From Octopus sinensis (taxonomy: Eukaryota), in contig NC_043007.1 of assembly GCF_006345805.1 (NCBI RefSeq), positions 9,920,001-9,984,000 of the forward strand: a stretch of DNA of 64,000 nt. The letters are read 5' to 3'. The position numbers and the translations under genes are program-made. The notes under the pieces were generated by a model. That model was not told the origin of the DNA. It searched no databases and was given only the letters and a program-made list of their open reading frames with translations. Positions 25,822 to 38,584 of this stretch are shown here, one piece after another. Position 1 is the first letter of the stretch, and every line of letters starts with the position of its first letter.

Positions 25822-25856
25822 GTTTCTGACGAAGAGCTCCGCTCGAAACGTTCAAC
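25822..25856 (+). ncRNA. Minimal type I hammerhead ribozyme motif (family A element 25749-25959)
   Basis: gttt-CUGACGA-a-GAGC(ucc)GCUC-GAAA-C-GUU-caac. Intact core and stem II, palindromic ACGU in place of stem III, one mismatch in stem I. Confidence 0.7.
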
Positions 25857-25955
25857 CCTCCTCTCCCTTCCCTTCCTTCCTAGCGTCCAATAATACTATA
25901 TTTGTTCCACGTCCTCGCGTTGTTGTGTTTTCTCTTTGTATTTTCATGTTTGGAT

Positions 25956-26004
<49 letters not shown>

Positions 26005-26082
26005 ATATCGCCATGTTGATTCGCTGGCCTCTGCACGCATTTTTTTTCTCTCTCTCCTCTTTCTGTGTTTCTTTTCTGTGTA

Positions 26083-26120
26083 TCTTTCTGTTGAAGAGCG
26101 TAGGCTCGAAACGTAAAAGA
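26083..26120 (+). ncRNA. Minimal type I hammerhead-like motif, A6U core variant (family B element 26008-26235)
   Basis: UCUUU-CUGUUGA-a-GAGC(guag)GCUC-GAAA-C-GUA-AAAGA. 5-bp stem I, 4-bp stem II. Confidence 0.65.
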
Positions 26121-26764
26121 CTTGTTTTATTTATATTCCTGAGCGCCATACTAATACAATTGTTTGTTTGTATTCCACCTGCCTTCGTCTTTTGTTTATT
26201 TCCGTAAACCTGCCTTCGTCTTTTGTTTATTTTCATAAAGCAACTCTATTCTGCACCACCTCCTTTAGTCGAACAAATCGACCCCAGGACATATTCTCTG
26301 TAAGCCTAGTACTTATTCTATCGTTCTCTTTTGCCGAACTGCTAAGTTACGGGTACATAAACACACCAACATCAGTTGTCAAGTGATGGTGGAGAGTCAA
26401 ACACAGACACACACACAAATTTACTAAACATCACTCGTAAAGTGTCATATTAGCCGGCACTTTGGAATTATATCCACAAAATACAACAAGCGGAAGATTG
26501 ACGAACATGATTCATAAAATATTGACATAGCATATCTCATGATGAGAAGCTGTCAAGCGATGCTGGGGGACAAACACAGACATACAAATATATGCATGCA
26601 TACATACATAGATACATACATACATACATACAGACAGACACGACAGGCTTCTTTCAGTTTCCGTCCGCCAAGCCCTCACAAGGCTTTGGTCGGCCCGAGG
26701 CTATAGTAGAACACCTGCCCAATGTTGCCACACGGTCACGCTCGTGCCTATATATATATATATA

Positions 26765-26823
<59 letters not shown>

Positions 26824-26899
26824 GTATGTATATGTATATATATATTTATATATATATATGTATGTATATGTAATATATATATTTATATATATATGTATA

Positions 26900-26944
<45 letters not shown>

Positions 26945-27116
26945 GTATATGTATATGTATGTATATGTAATATATACATATATATACATATATATACATA
27001 TATATATATATATGTATATATATATATGTATGTGTGTGTGTGTGTATATATATGTATATGTATATATATATACATATACATACATATACATACATATACA
27101 TATATATATATATATT

Positions 27117-27236
27117 CTGTTGTGTCTGGGGAGAGTCATTCTCTTTTAGTGCTTTATAATTTAACACACTCAACGGTAAAATTTGCCCTTATTGAGTGTG
27201 TTAAATTATAAGAACGACTCTCCCCAGACACAACAG
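27117..27236. repeat. 120-bp hairpin / mini fold-back element
   Basis: 21-bp perfect outer IR (27117-27137/27216-27236) and 20-bp perfect inner IR (27154-27173/27192-27211); TA-rich flanks. Confidence 0.9.
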
Positions 27237-27599
27237 TATATGCTTCAGCACACGAACTCATATAAAGAATCTTGCAAACCAAATCCCAAAACGAAATATA
27301 TACATAGATATTCGTTTACTTTGAGTAGTTTCGGAAAGATTCGATATGTTTTGAAAAATCGTGGTCAGCAGCCGTTGCGGCAAGACACATTTTTTTCTCT
27401 CTGTAGCCCTAAGGCTTTTTTCTAACGCCAGCTCAAAAATTTACTCGTCCTGTCGAAAAGACGCTTTTCTGTGACGTCCTGTTTTTGTTGTTGTTATTAT
27501 TATTATTGTTGTTGTTTTTACGTATTTTTGTATTCTTATTCGTGTTATCATTATTGTTTTTACGTATTTTTGTATTTTTATTCGTGTAACATCGTCCGT

Positions 27600-28300
27600 T
27601 TTTCCGTTCTTGTTTTGTATACATTCGAGGCTTTCTTCCAAGGAATCTAATGCGCTTGGCTTAGATTTTCAAATAATTCACATGCCCTTCCTTTCGTTTT
27701 TAAACTTCGGGTGTATACTCGAAACATCTTTTTTCTGACAGAACTGTGTACAGAGCACGTTTTTGAACGATTTGTAAGGTACGTCATTCCTACTTATGCA
27801 TTTATGGCTTGAAGAGGCTGAATGGCCCTCATCGCCAACAAAACTGATGCGTGATTGATTTTCTCGGCGCAACATCCACATAATCCTTAGTTACTTAGTA
27901 ATTCTTTTACATGTAAGTTTTCGGTAGTTTCTCGTAGACAAACTTTTAATCTTGTACAGCAATCATATAAAATTTTCGATATCAGCTTGGAGCCTGGTTT
28001 TCTGGTACAATGAAAAGTATTTCCTGATCAATTTCCACTCTGCCAATCTTGTCAAGAATTGACCAAATAAAGCTATTCGTGCAATTGCCTTTCTGTATTT
28101 TTGTATTTTGTATTTTTCATTACTTTGAATAAAAATAAAACATCTTGTCATAGATTTACTCCTTTCCCTCTGAGTTGCATGTAACTTCCATCTTTGTTAT
28201 ATACCTGTTGACTTTCTTGAAAGCAGAACACTTATTTTTTAAATCGTATTCCTGTGTTTGAAGTTAGCTTTTCAAAGTTAGTTTGCCATCATTCTCTACA
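27600..28300 (-). pseudogene. Possible decayed coding remnant of unknown (probably transposon) origin
   Basis: Manual translation gives protein-like blocks across frameshifts (KGNCTNSFIWSILDKIGRVEIDQEILFIVPE, RKFYMIAVQD, VGDEGHSASSSHKCISRNDVPYKSFKNVLC). No family recognised. Confidence 0.3.
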
Positions 28301-29495
28301 AGTTTTTTTTTTCCTTCTATACTATATAATAAGTTATTTCATTATAAATTTCAGGATTTCCGACACACTGTGTTCGAGGCAAATCTCATTCAATTTCGAC
28401 TTCTAGACGGTGTACTCTAAGTATTGTCATAGTTATATGTATTTATTTTCTCTCTTTATTTTTCTCTATACTTTTGCGAGCTTACAGTCTAAATGAATAA
28501 ATCTATCATTATTTTTCTTATTTCTTTCCTGTGTAACACTGTATATTTCACTAAACATCCAAGCAGTATTTTCTGTAAATATAGTCTATCATTGTACCAG
28601 CAACAATGTTAATATCTGTTAACTTTCCATGGCTGCAAGCTGGAAGAAACGCTAGCACACCGGGCGAAATGTTCAACAGTATTTCGTCTGCCGTTACGTT
28701 CTGAGTTCAAATTCCGCCGAGGTCGATTTTGCCTTTCATTCTTTCGGGGTCGATAAATTAAGTACCAGTTACGCACTGGGATCGATGTAATCGACTTAAT
28801 CCGTTTGTCTGTCCTTGTTTGTCCTCTCTATGTTTAGCCGCTTGTGGGCAATAAAGAAATAAGTATTTCGTCTGTCTTTATGCTCCGAGTTCAAATTCCG
28901 CCGAGGTCGACTTTGCCTTTCATCCTTCCGGTATCGATAAATTAAATAGCAGTTGCGTACTGGTGTCGATCTAATTGACTGACCCCCTCCCCCAAAATTT
29001 TGGCTTTGTTCCTCGAGTAGAAAAGAATATCTGTTAATTTTACATTAAATTTAAATCTATTTTAACTAGTGCTTCGCAGGCATAACTGTATGGTTAAGAA
29101 AGCCGCTTTACAAGCATGTCGTTTAGGGTTCAGTCCCTCAGCGCAGCACCTTGAGCAACTGTCTTCTACTATAGTCACGATTCGACCAGTGCTTTGTAAG
29201 TGAATTCGGTAGATAGGAAACAGCGTGAAAGCCTTTAGTGTATGTGTTTGTTTCCCCACCGTTTAACAAGCAGTTTTGGTTTGTTTCTGTTCTTGTAACT
29301 TAACGGTTCAGCAAAAGATGGGAAATGGACCTAAGACTTAAAAATAAGAGTTGAGATCGATTGGTTGGACTAAAACTATTCAAGGCGGTGCTCCACCATG
29401 GCCGCACTCTAATAACTGAAACAAGTAAAAGATAAAAGTATTCCCGCTTGAAAGAGAAACCTCTTTATTTTGGGAAGTTTGAGCTCCGTTCACAA

Positions 29496-29568
<73 letters not shown>

Positions 29569-29857
29569 CACCAAAGGCGGCGAGCTGGCAGAATCGTTAG
29601 CACGCCGGGCGAAATGCTTAGCAGTATTTCGTCTGCCGCTACATTCTGAGTTCAAATTTCGCCGAGGTCGACTTTGCCTTTCATCCTCTCGGGGTCGATA
29701 AATTAAGTAGCAGTGAAACATGTGATTGACTAGTCCCCTCCCACCAGAATCATTATTCATCTCTCTGAGGTTGATGAATTTAAGTACGAATAAAATACTA
29801 GAGTCGTGTTAGTTGACTGTTCCATCACCCAAATTTCTAGTCTAGTGCCAATGCTAG

Positions 29858-29908
<51 letters not shown>

Positions 29909-32280
29909 CCAGCATCATCATGTTTGTTAAGAGAATTGAAATATCAGAAATGGTGGAGTTGGTAAAATAAGTACCTATTATCTCTTGTTTGAAGTCTATT
30001 AATTTAACCACATTTCTTCCCCCTAAAAGGTCGTGTTCAGCTGATCTTAGAAATTATCATTACTAGCATTACTAAAAATATTCTTTATTGAAAATGCATT
30101 TATGCTTTTTACAAAACGATCCCCAAGAAGTCAAATTACAGTATTCATCGGTATAAAAGACGCACCCCAATTTCAACTGCGCATATTCAAGAAAAATAAT
30201 TTTGACTTAATGGAAGCACATAATATTTAAAGTGACTTCAGTACATTACAAAGCATTACAAAAGCAACTTAGCTATTGCAGAAAACATTACTGTGTTATG
30301 GGTTTTGGCTAGTGCAGTATTTCTGACCCACTTCGTGAATGATGGTGCCGGCAGGTCTGGAAGAAAAGAGACAGCCCTTTGTTTGCTGGGAGATTGATGG
30401 GGTTTTGGAGGGACCTTTTTGGCCCCGTGCGGTCGATTAGGGGTCAGAGAGAGATGTGAGGAAGAATCTAGCAGTAGTGAGAAAAAGATAGAGTAAGGAA
30501 TCTAAGAGCAGATGGAGAGGATATTGGCAGTGAAAGAGGATGAGGGGCAGAGGAAGATAGGCAGTTAGGGACCAGGGCAGATAGAGAGGGTATAAGCAGA
30601 GAGCAAGTGAGGTTCTGGGTAGTTGGTAGTCGGTCGTCAAAGAGCACAGACGGATCTTGGAAGTCGGCAAGGAGTTGGAATTTTAGGAGCAAGCGATTGG
30701 GATGCGAGAGTTGGCAAGCTGGAGTTAGCAGTATTGAGAGAGAGATGAGGTGCACTGTGGGACACTGGCGATTCAATTAGGAATTAAGGTATTTGATTAT
30801 GTATTGATACGTGTTACGATGTAAAAGAAAAGAAGAGAAAGAAGAGAGAAAAAGAAGGACTCTGATGTAGACGATAATGAACTTTGAATCGTAACGTGAA
30901 TTGTTGTCATACGAACATTGTATAATGTATCGAAGTGTTCTGATTGGACTGTGACGTATCGTGAACATTATTTGATCTGAACTTGTTTGTGTATGAACAC
31001 GGTTATATTGTTACATGCATGTTTAAATGCTTTGATCTGTTGTGGAGATGTATTGAGTTGTCACGTGCATGTTTCCTTTAAATGTATTTGATGTTGTAAC
31101 AATTGATTGTCATATAAACTGTTGTTAAATGTAAGCCAGTGTTGCCTTGCCTCTGTGCCTCTGTATCTCTCTGTGCTGCTGCGGTTGTTGTTGTGTATGT
31201 CTCTCGTCTCTCTCCTCTCTCCGACGAGTTTCCCTAGCTTATTCGCTGCATCGAACGGGCCTGTGTGAGGATTTCCGTAACAGTTCGAATCGGATGCCCC
31301 CCACCCCTTGCGTAACAACTGCATATAAAAAGCAAGTTAACACTAGAGCTGGGCTTACAGGAAGAAAAGACCATCTGGATTAAAATTAGTCTAAAGCAGC
31401 GAGCATCAGGGACAAATTTGGTTTAGAGGAGGCCTAACTCGGCATATAGGAGGACATGGGATGATATTTTTAAGACATTCTTTTTTGTGGGGCGTGGGGA
31501 CTGCCTCTTATAAAGGCGGCGAGCTGGCAGAAGCTTTAGCACGCCGGGCGAAATGCGTAGCCGTATTTCGTCTGCCGCTACGTTGTGAGTTCAAATTCCG
31601 CCGAGGTCGACTTTGCCTTTCATCCTTTCGGGGTCGATAAATTAAGTACCAGTTACTCACTGGGGTAGATGTAACCGACTTTATCCCTTTGTCTGTCCTT
31701 GTTTGTCCCCTCTATGTTTAGCCCCTTGTGGGCAATAAAGAAATATCTTATATGCCATCAAATACAATAGTTCTCATCAGGAAATACGCTCTATCAATAT
31801 TTTATGAATCATATTCGCCAGTCTTCTGTTTGTTGTATTTTGGGGATATAATTTCAAAGTATCGGCTAATATGACACTTTACCAGCGATCTTTAATCCCC
31901 AAGGGCTTATATTACAAATGGAATTAGCAAGATTAGGTAGAGGCTTATCAGGTTATGTTGGGAGACTCTCCAGTCTTTAAAAATTCAAAGTCAGTAAACA
32001 AACTTTAGGTTAGTTCAAATATTATTGTTACGTATTTTATAACAGCTAAAAGCAATTTCACTGCAGTTTGCCGTGGAGAAAGAATTCTCACTTATAGTAA
32101 AGGTGTAAAATACACATTTTATCATCGCTGTGGCGCCCTCTCTTGGATCCCTCTTTCTACCCACGGTAAACTGCTGTGAAATTGCCTTTAGAAGTTAAAA
32201 TATGACATAAATATACTCTCTTTACTCTCTTACTCTTTTACTTGTTTCAGTCATTTGACTGCGGCCATGCTGGAGCACCG

Positions 32281-33446
32281 GGATCTTTTCTATTCTGAAG
32301 CCAGGACCACAGATCTTTCTACTTAACTAAATAATCTGAAACTTCGTATGCTGATAGAGTCTAGCAAAACAAGACACAGGTTGGAACTAGTTTATTTGAG
32401 AAAAATCTATTTTATGACTTTAATCGTAGATTAAAACTGCGAATTTTAACCAATCAGATTGTTTGTTTTCATGTGTAAAACTTGACTGCATTCTATTAGT
32501 GTGACGTAGAAAGCGCTTTTGTGACGTACTAACGTTCGGAAAACTGTAAACAAACACGGCAGACGAAATACGGCTACGCATTTCGCCCGGTGTGCTAACG
32601 TTTCTGCCAGCTCTTTGCTTTTTAATATTAAATTTCGGCGAAGTTTCGCTTGTCGTAGCACAAGTTTTCCGTCGATTTCCGTAAAAAACTTTTATTTTTT
32701 TACATAAGTAATGAGAGCGAAAGAGACTAAGAGGAAGCGATTTTATGACGAGGGAAATTTGTCTTTGAAGTTACCGTCTAGGGGAAGCATTGATGTACAT
32801 GTGTGTGTGTGTGTGTGTTTGATGGGGTGTGGGAGACAGTATGTTGTGTAAGTGAAGTGCTTCTGTTAGTGTGTGTGAAGAGACAGAGAGAGTAATGTGT
32901 GAAAGAGAGAGATAACTGAAACTTTTTACTCGGTGTATGTGTATATGTATGTCTGCATGTATGTGTGTGTGTGTATGTATCTATGTATGTATGGCCAATT
33001 CATCGTAATTACGATTACGATGAATCGGCTATACATACATACACACACACACATACATACACACACACACATACTTACACATACATACACACACACATAC
33101 ATGCAGACATACAGAATGGAAACATTTTCAATTTGATACATGTGGCTTATTAACTAGTTTTAAATATTGTTATTAAAAGGTGGCTGACTTGTTTACATTT
33201 AAGATGTTAAATACGTCACGAAATTGGTGGTCGAGACGGAGTAAATAAAATAAAGCCGAATGACGGAATATCATTGGTTAAAATTCTAATTATTAAACAA
33301 CGTTAAACTTAGAAGTTACAATTCCGTTTTCATTCTGGTTTACAATTAAGTTTACTTTTGACACATTCTACCAGTATACGAAGTTTCAAATTGTTTGGTT
33401 CAGTAGGAAAAATTTGAAAAAACTGGCCTCAAAATAGAAAAGATCC
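32281..33446. mobile_element. GGATC-TIR element splitting an S1 SINE
   Basis: Perfect TSD gagcaccg (32273-32280 / 33447-33454); the S1 sequence resumes exactly after it. Confidence 0.85.
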
Positions 33447-35142
33447 GAGCACCGCCTTTTAGCAAATCGACCCCGGGACTCTATTCTTTGTAAGCCCAGT
33501 ACTTATTCTATCGGTCTCTTTTGCCGAACCGCTAAACACACCAGCAATGCTAGGTAGACAAGCAATGCTAGGTAGACAAACACAAACGCACACACACACA
33601 CATACATATATATACATATATACGATAGGCTTCTTTCAGTTTCCGTCTACCAAATCCACTCACAAGGCATTGGTCGGCCCGGGGCTATAGCAGAAGACAC
33701 TTGCCCAAGATGCCACGCAGTGGGACTGAACCCGGAACCATGTGGTTGGTTAGCAAGCTACTTACCACACAGCCACTCCTGCGCCTGAACTAATTTACAT
33801 GAACTAATTTAAGGTTTGTTTATTTCACACCACTGCTTCGTGATTCTACTTGTGTTGGTGTCAATGGAGTCAAACCAATCACACAAAGCGTCTATTTGAC
33901 GAAAGTTCCTTCCAGCAGCGACCAGAGAAAATACCAAATGCATTTCGATCTTTTGAGGTCTTTTCAAAGACGTGTATTCGCAGTCGGTTACACGCCTCGC
34001 CGACGACTATTCACAGTAACAGTGATTGTTTTGTTCGTTGTTTTCTATATCGGTAGGCGACGAATTCTTGTCCAGGAATGTGTCTGACCGCACAAACGCG
34101 CCATTGAGAAGGTCCCAAAAACTAAAATGCATCCAACGTTCTCCCTAGCTGCTGCTGTTGCTGGGACAAATTTTAGTCTCCTTTTGATATTTACTGTGTT
34201 TTTAACATAGCACGTCCAAAAGAGATGTTATGTCAAGACACAAACTGCAGTGACTGACCTATCGACAGTGTGTATACATTAAGTATAATACATATGTATG
34301 TGTGTGTGTGTGTGTGTATATATATATGTATATATATATTCCCTTTTAGTCTTTTACTTGTTTCAGTCATTTGACTGCGGCCATGCTGGAGCACCGCCTT
34401 TAGTCGAGCAAATCAACATCGGGACTTATTCTTTGTAAGCTCAGTACTTATTCCATCGGTCTTTTTTGCCGAACCGCTAAGTGACGCGGACGTAAACACA
34501 CCAGCATCGGTTGTCAAGCAATGCTAGGGGGACAAACACAGACACACAAACACATGCACACACACATATATATATATACATACATATATACGACAGGCTT
34601 CTTTCAGTTTCCGCCTACCAAATTCACTCACAAGGTATTGATCGGCCCGGGGCTATAGCAGAAGACACTTGCCCAAGGTGCTACGCAGTGGGACTGAACC
34701 CGGAACCATGTGGTTGGTAAACAAGCTACTTACCACACAGCCACTATATATGTGTGTGAGAGATTGTATGTATGTATATATGTATGTGTGCGTATGTATG
34801 TATGTATGAATGAATGAATTCGAAACCAGGCTACTTGAAACTACAGGTTTTCACAAATGCTATTCTACATCTGTACCATCATTTGTGCAGATCGTTCGGC
34901 AAGCTGAACGCTCATACATCGTCTTCGACCGGAGAGTCCATCATATATATAAGTGATCGCAGAGCTGCATGAGATGAAGTATTTTGCTCAAGATCAAAAC
35001 GCACCATCCGGTCTAGGAATTGAAACCACGATCTAGCGATCGTAATTGCAATACTCTAACCACTAGGTCATACTCCCTCATTATATATATTATATACATA
35101 CATACATTCATTGTTTAAACCTCGCCAAAAAAAATATTTAAA

Positions 35143-35205
35143 CCACCTGATGAATGACTGCGACTCAAAAATTTGAAGACAGCAGGCATGAAACGATCGT
35201 AGTGT
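35143..35205 (+). ncRNA. Type I hammerhead ribozyme motif (family C element ~35100-35410)
   Basis: cac-CUGAUGA-AUGaCUGC...GCAGgCAU-GAAA-C(gauc)G-UA-gug. Intact core, stem II 7/8 paired. Confidence 0.7.
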
Positions 35206-35414
35206 GATATTAATTATATTTTTTTAATAATTTTGTTACATATTTAAATAATATAAATTAATCATATGTATTGGCTTAAGTTTTTCATTGTTTGATTTGC
35301 CTAATAGTGGTTTTGTCTCTAATTTAATACAATATAATATTTTACTATAAAATTGGATTCAATCCTAAATCTGATTTTTCCCTGTAAGTTTGGATTTATT
35401 CCCTAATATTTATT

Positions 35415-35496
<82 letters not shown>

Positions 35497-35846
35497 CAGT
35501 GTGGTCCAAAAGTAGGTTTACAGTTATTCAACTATCTCTTTCGCATTCATATATTACCAGTTTAATCTTATAAAAAAAAATATGAAACCATTATTCTATG
35601 CTAGTTTCATTGTAAGGTACTCTTTACTCTTTTACTTGTTTCAGTCATTTGACTGCGGCCATGCTGGAGTACCGACTTTTAGTCGAGCACATCGACCCCA
35701 GGACTTATTCTTTGTAAGCCTAGTACTTATTCTATTGGTCTGTTTTGCCGAACCGCTAAGTAACGGGGACGTAAACACACCAGCATCGGTTGTCAAGCGA
35801 TGTTGGGGTGACAAACACAGACACACAAACACACACACACACACAC

Positions 35847-35942
<96 letters not shown>

Positions 35943-36195
35943 GACAGGCTTCTTTCAGTTTTCCGTCTACCAAATCCACTCACAAGGCTTTGGTCGGCCC
36001 GAGGCTATAGTAGAAGGCACTTTCCCAAGGTGCCACGCTGTGGGACTGAACCCGGAACCGTGTGGTTGGTAAGCAAGCTACTTACCACACAGCCACTCCT
36101 GCGCCTATCGATAGAAATTTAAATGTACTAAAATATTTTAAAAGAAATTTAAAGTTCCTACGTGATAATTGTAAACCTACTTTTGGGCCACCCTG
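35497..36195. mobile_element. Tc1/mariner MITE containing a nested S1 SINE (35620-36105, -)
   Basis: TIRs cagtgtggtccaaaagtaggtttaca / tgtaaacctacttttgggccaccctg. Confidence 0.75.
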
Positions 36196-36263
36196 CAGAT
36201 ATGCATGTATGTAATTATGTATGTATGTATGTATGTATGTATGTATGTATGTATGTATGTATG

Positions 36264-36295
<32 letters not shown>

Positions 36296-36723
36296 TGTAT
36301 GTATGTATGTATGTATGTATGTATGTATGTATGTATGTATGTATGTATGTATGTATGTATGTATGTATGTATGTACGTATGTGTGTATGCATGTGCATAC
36401 ACAGAATGCATACACATGTATACAGTCATACATTCATGTAAAGGAGAGAGAACACTACGTCTTCCGACTGCATTACGGAAGAGATATACATGTATAAAGA
36501 ATGTAATGGGTTTAGTTCACTTGTAATCTAAACGAATAGGTACACTGGTTAAGTGCTATAATTGGTCGACCGTTAGGTTCCAAGATCACAGCTAAGGCTG
36601 GATCAAGGGATCTGTATTAGGGTTCCGTTATAGCATGTATATATTATATTAGGGGAAGTATCTAAACCAAGGCAGAACGATCGTCTCAAGTCATTTAAAA
36701 TAATTTAATTAGGGTAATTTGAA

Positions 36724-36799
36724 GTCTTACAGCCGTTTCTGGGACAACCTAAGTGGTTGGTTAGCATGTCCGTGCACTAGGTATTCCGTCATCAGAGAC
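36724..36799 (-). ncRNA. Type I hammerhead motif, left arm
   Basis: Reverse complement reads gucu-CUGAUGA-cgga...uccca-GAAA-C(ggcu)G-UA-agac. Confidence 0.6.
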
Positions 36800-37386
36800 A
36801 AGGCATAAATATTTAGACGGAGAAATTTTACATATTACAAGGAATAAAATTCATAGTATATAAGGAATAAAATAGAAGAATAAAGAGTAAGAGTAGCTAG
36901 AAGAATATCGGCAGCAGAATAATGTTCACAATTATTCTTCTTCAAGAAGATATGGATGTTGGTTGGTAGATCCATGAAGATATAGGGTTTTAGTTAAAAT
37001 CCCAGGTAAATCTAGGCAGTGTATGTGTATATAGAGCGAGAAAATATGATGGACGTAAACTCATATACGTCCATCAAGCTTTCTCGCTCTATATATACAC
37101 ATTTACAATACGAATACACCATTCAGAATACTACCAAAATACTGCCTGGATTTTCCTGGGATTTTAACTAAAACCCTATATCTTCATGGAACTACCAACC
37201 AACATCCATATCTTCTGGAAGAAGATGAGCTGTGAGCCTTATTCTGCTGCCGATATTCTTCTAGCTACTCTTACTCTTTATTCTTCTATTTTTAATCCTT
37301 TATTCTTCTATTTTATTTCTTATGTACTATTTTATATTTTATTCCTTGTAATATGTAAAATTTCCCCGTCTAAATATTCATACCTT

Positions 37387-37462
37387 GTCTCTGATGATGG
37401 AATACCCAGCGCACGGACATGCTAACTAACCACTTAGGTTGTCCCAGAAACGGCTGTAAGAC
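37387..37462 (+). ncRNA. Type I hammerhead motif, right arm
   Basis: gucu-CUGAUGA-UGG...CCA-GAAA-C(ggcu)G-UA-agac. 4-bp stem I, long stem II insert. Confidence 0.7.
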
Positions 37463-37558
37463 TTCAAATTACCCCATTAAATTATTCTAAATGACTTGAG
37501 ACAATCTGCCTTGGTTTTGATTTTTCCTCACACACACACACACACACACAAACACCAC

Positions 37559-37597
<39 letters not shown>

Positions 37598-37654
37598 TAT
37601 ATATTATAATAACATACATAATATACATATATGTATACATACATACATACATAC

Positions 37655-37685
<31 letters not shown>

Positions 37686-37816
37686 ATACATATATATATA
37701 ATATATATATAATATATATACACATATACATATATATATATATATATATATACATATATATACACACAGATACGCACACATGCACTCTTCTATTTTAATT
37801 TGTTTTTCTCAGTCTG

Positions 37817-37878
<62 letters not shown>

Positions 37879-38113
37879 GATCGATCGATCTGTCTGGCTG
37901 TGCGTCTGTATTTAGCTGATATATATAACCAAAATTTGTGCCTGTATGTGTTTGCACGTGTGCGAGTTTCCAACGTTACGATGCCGTGTGTGGGGGATGG
38001 GGGAGTGGAAAGAATGGTGAGATCTTTTGACCTCGTCCTCCCACCCCGGGACAACTGCCATCATTTGATTACTATTCCAATATGAGAGCTGCCAAAACTT
38101 CTCTTGGCAGAAA

Positions 38114-38146
38114 CATCATCATCATCATCATCAACATACCATCACT

Positions 38147-38188
<42 letters not shown>

Positions 38189-38240
38189 GTCATCATCATC
38201 ATCATCATCATCGTCATCATCATCACCATCATCGTCATCG

Positions 38241-38272
<32 letters not shown>

Positions 38273-38427
38273 GTCATCGTCATCGTCATCATCGTCATCA
38301 TCGTCATTGACATTATCATCTTCAACGACATTATCATTCTCATCGTTATCGTCATCGTCGTTGTCAACGTCGTTGTCATCGTCGTTGTCAACGTCGTCGT
38401 CGTCGACGTCGTTGTCGTCATCATCAT

Positions 38428-38458
<31 letters not shown>

Positions 38459-38552
38459 AGCAACATCATTAACATCATCGTTAAAATCATCATGGACATG
38501 GTCATCATCATCATCACATCACCATCAACACCACGATCCTCTTCCTCCTATT

Positions 38553-38584
<32 letters not shown>

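Larger units (their letters stand above)
36664..37517. mobile_element. ~850-bp near-perfect palindrome: divergent dimer of an HHR-bearing element (family D)
   Basis: Arms of ~400 bp are reverse complements around an 8-nt loop near 37058-37065; each arm carries one HHR. Confidence 0.9.

Noticed and set aside
27450-27725. ctgtcgaaaagacgcttttc and cgggtgtatactcgaaac motifs
   Set aside because: Each has only half of a hammerhead core.
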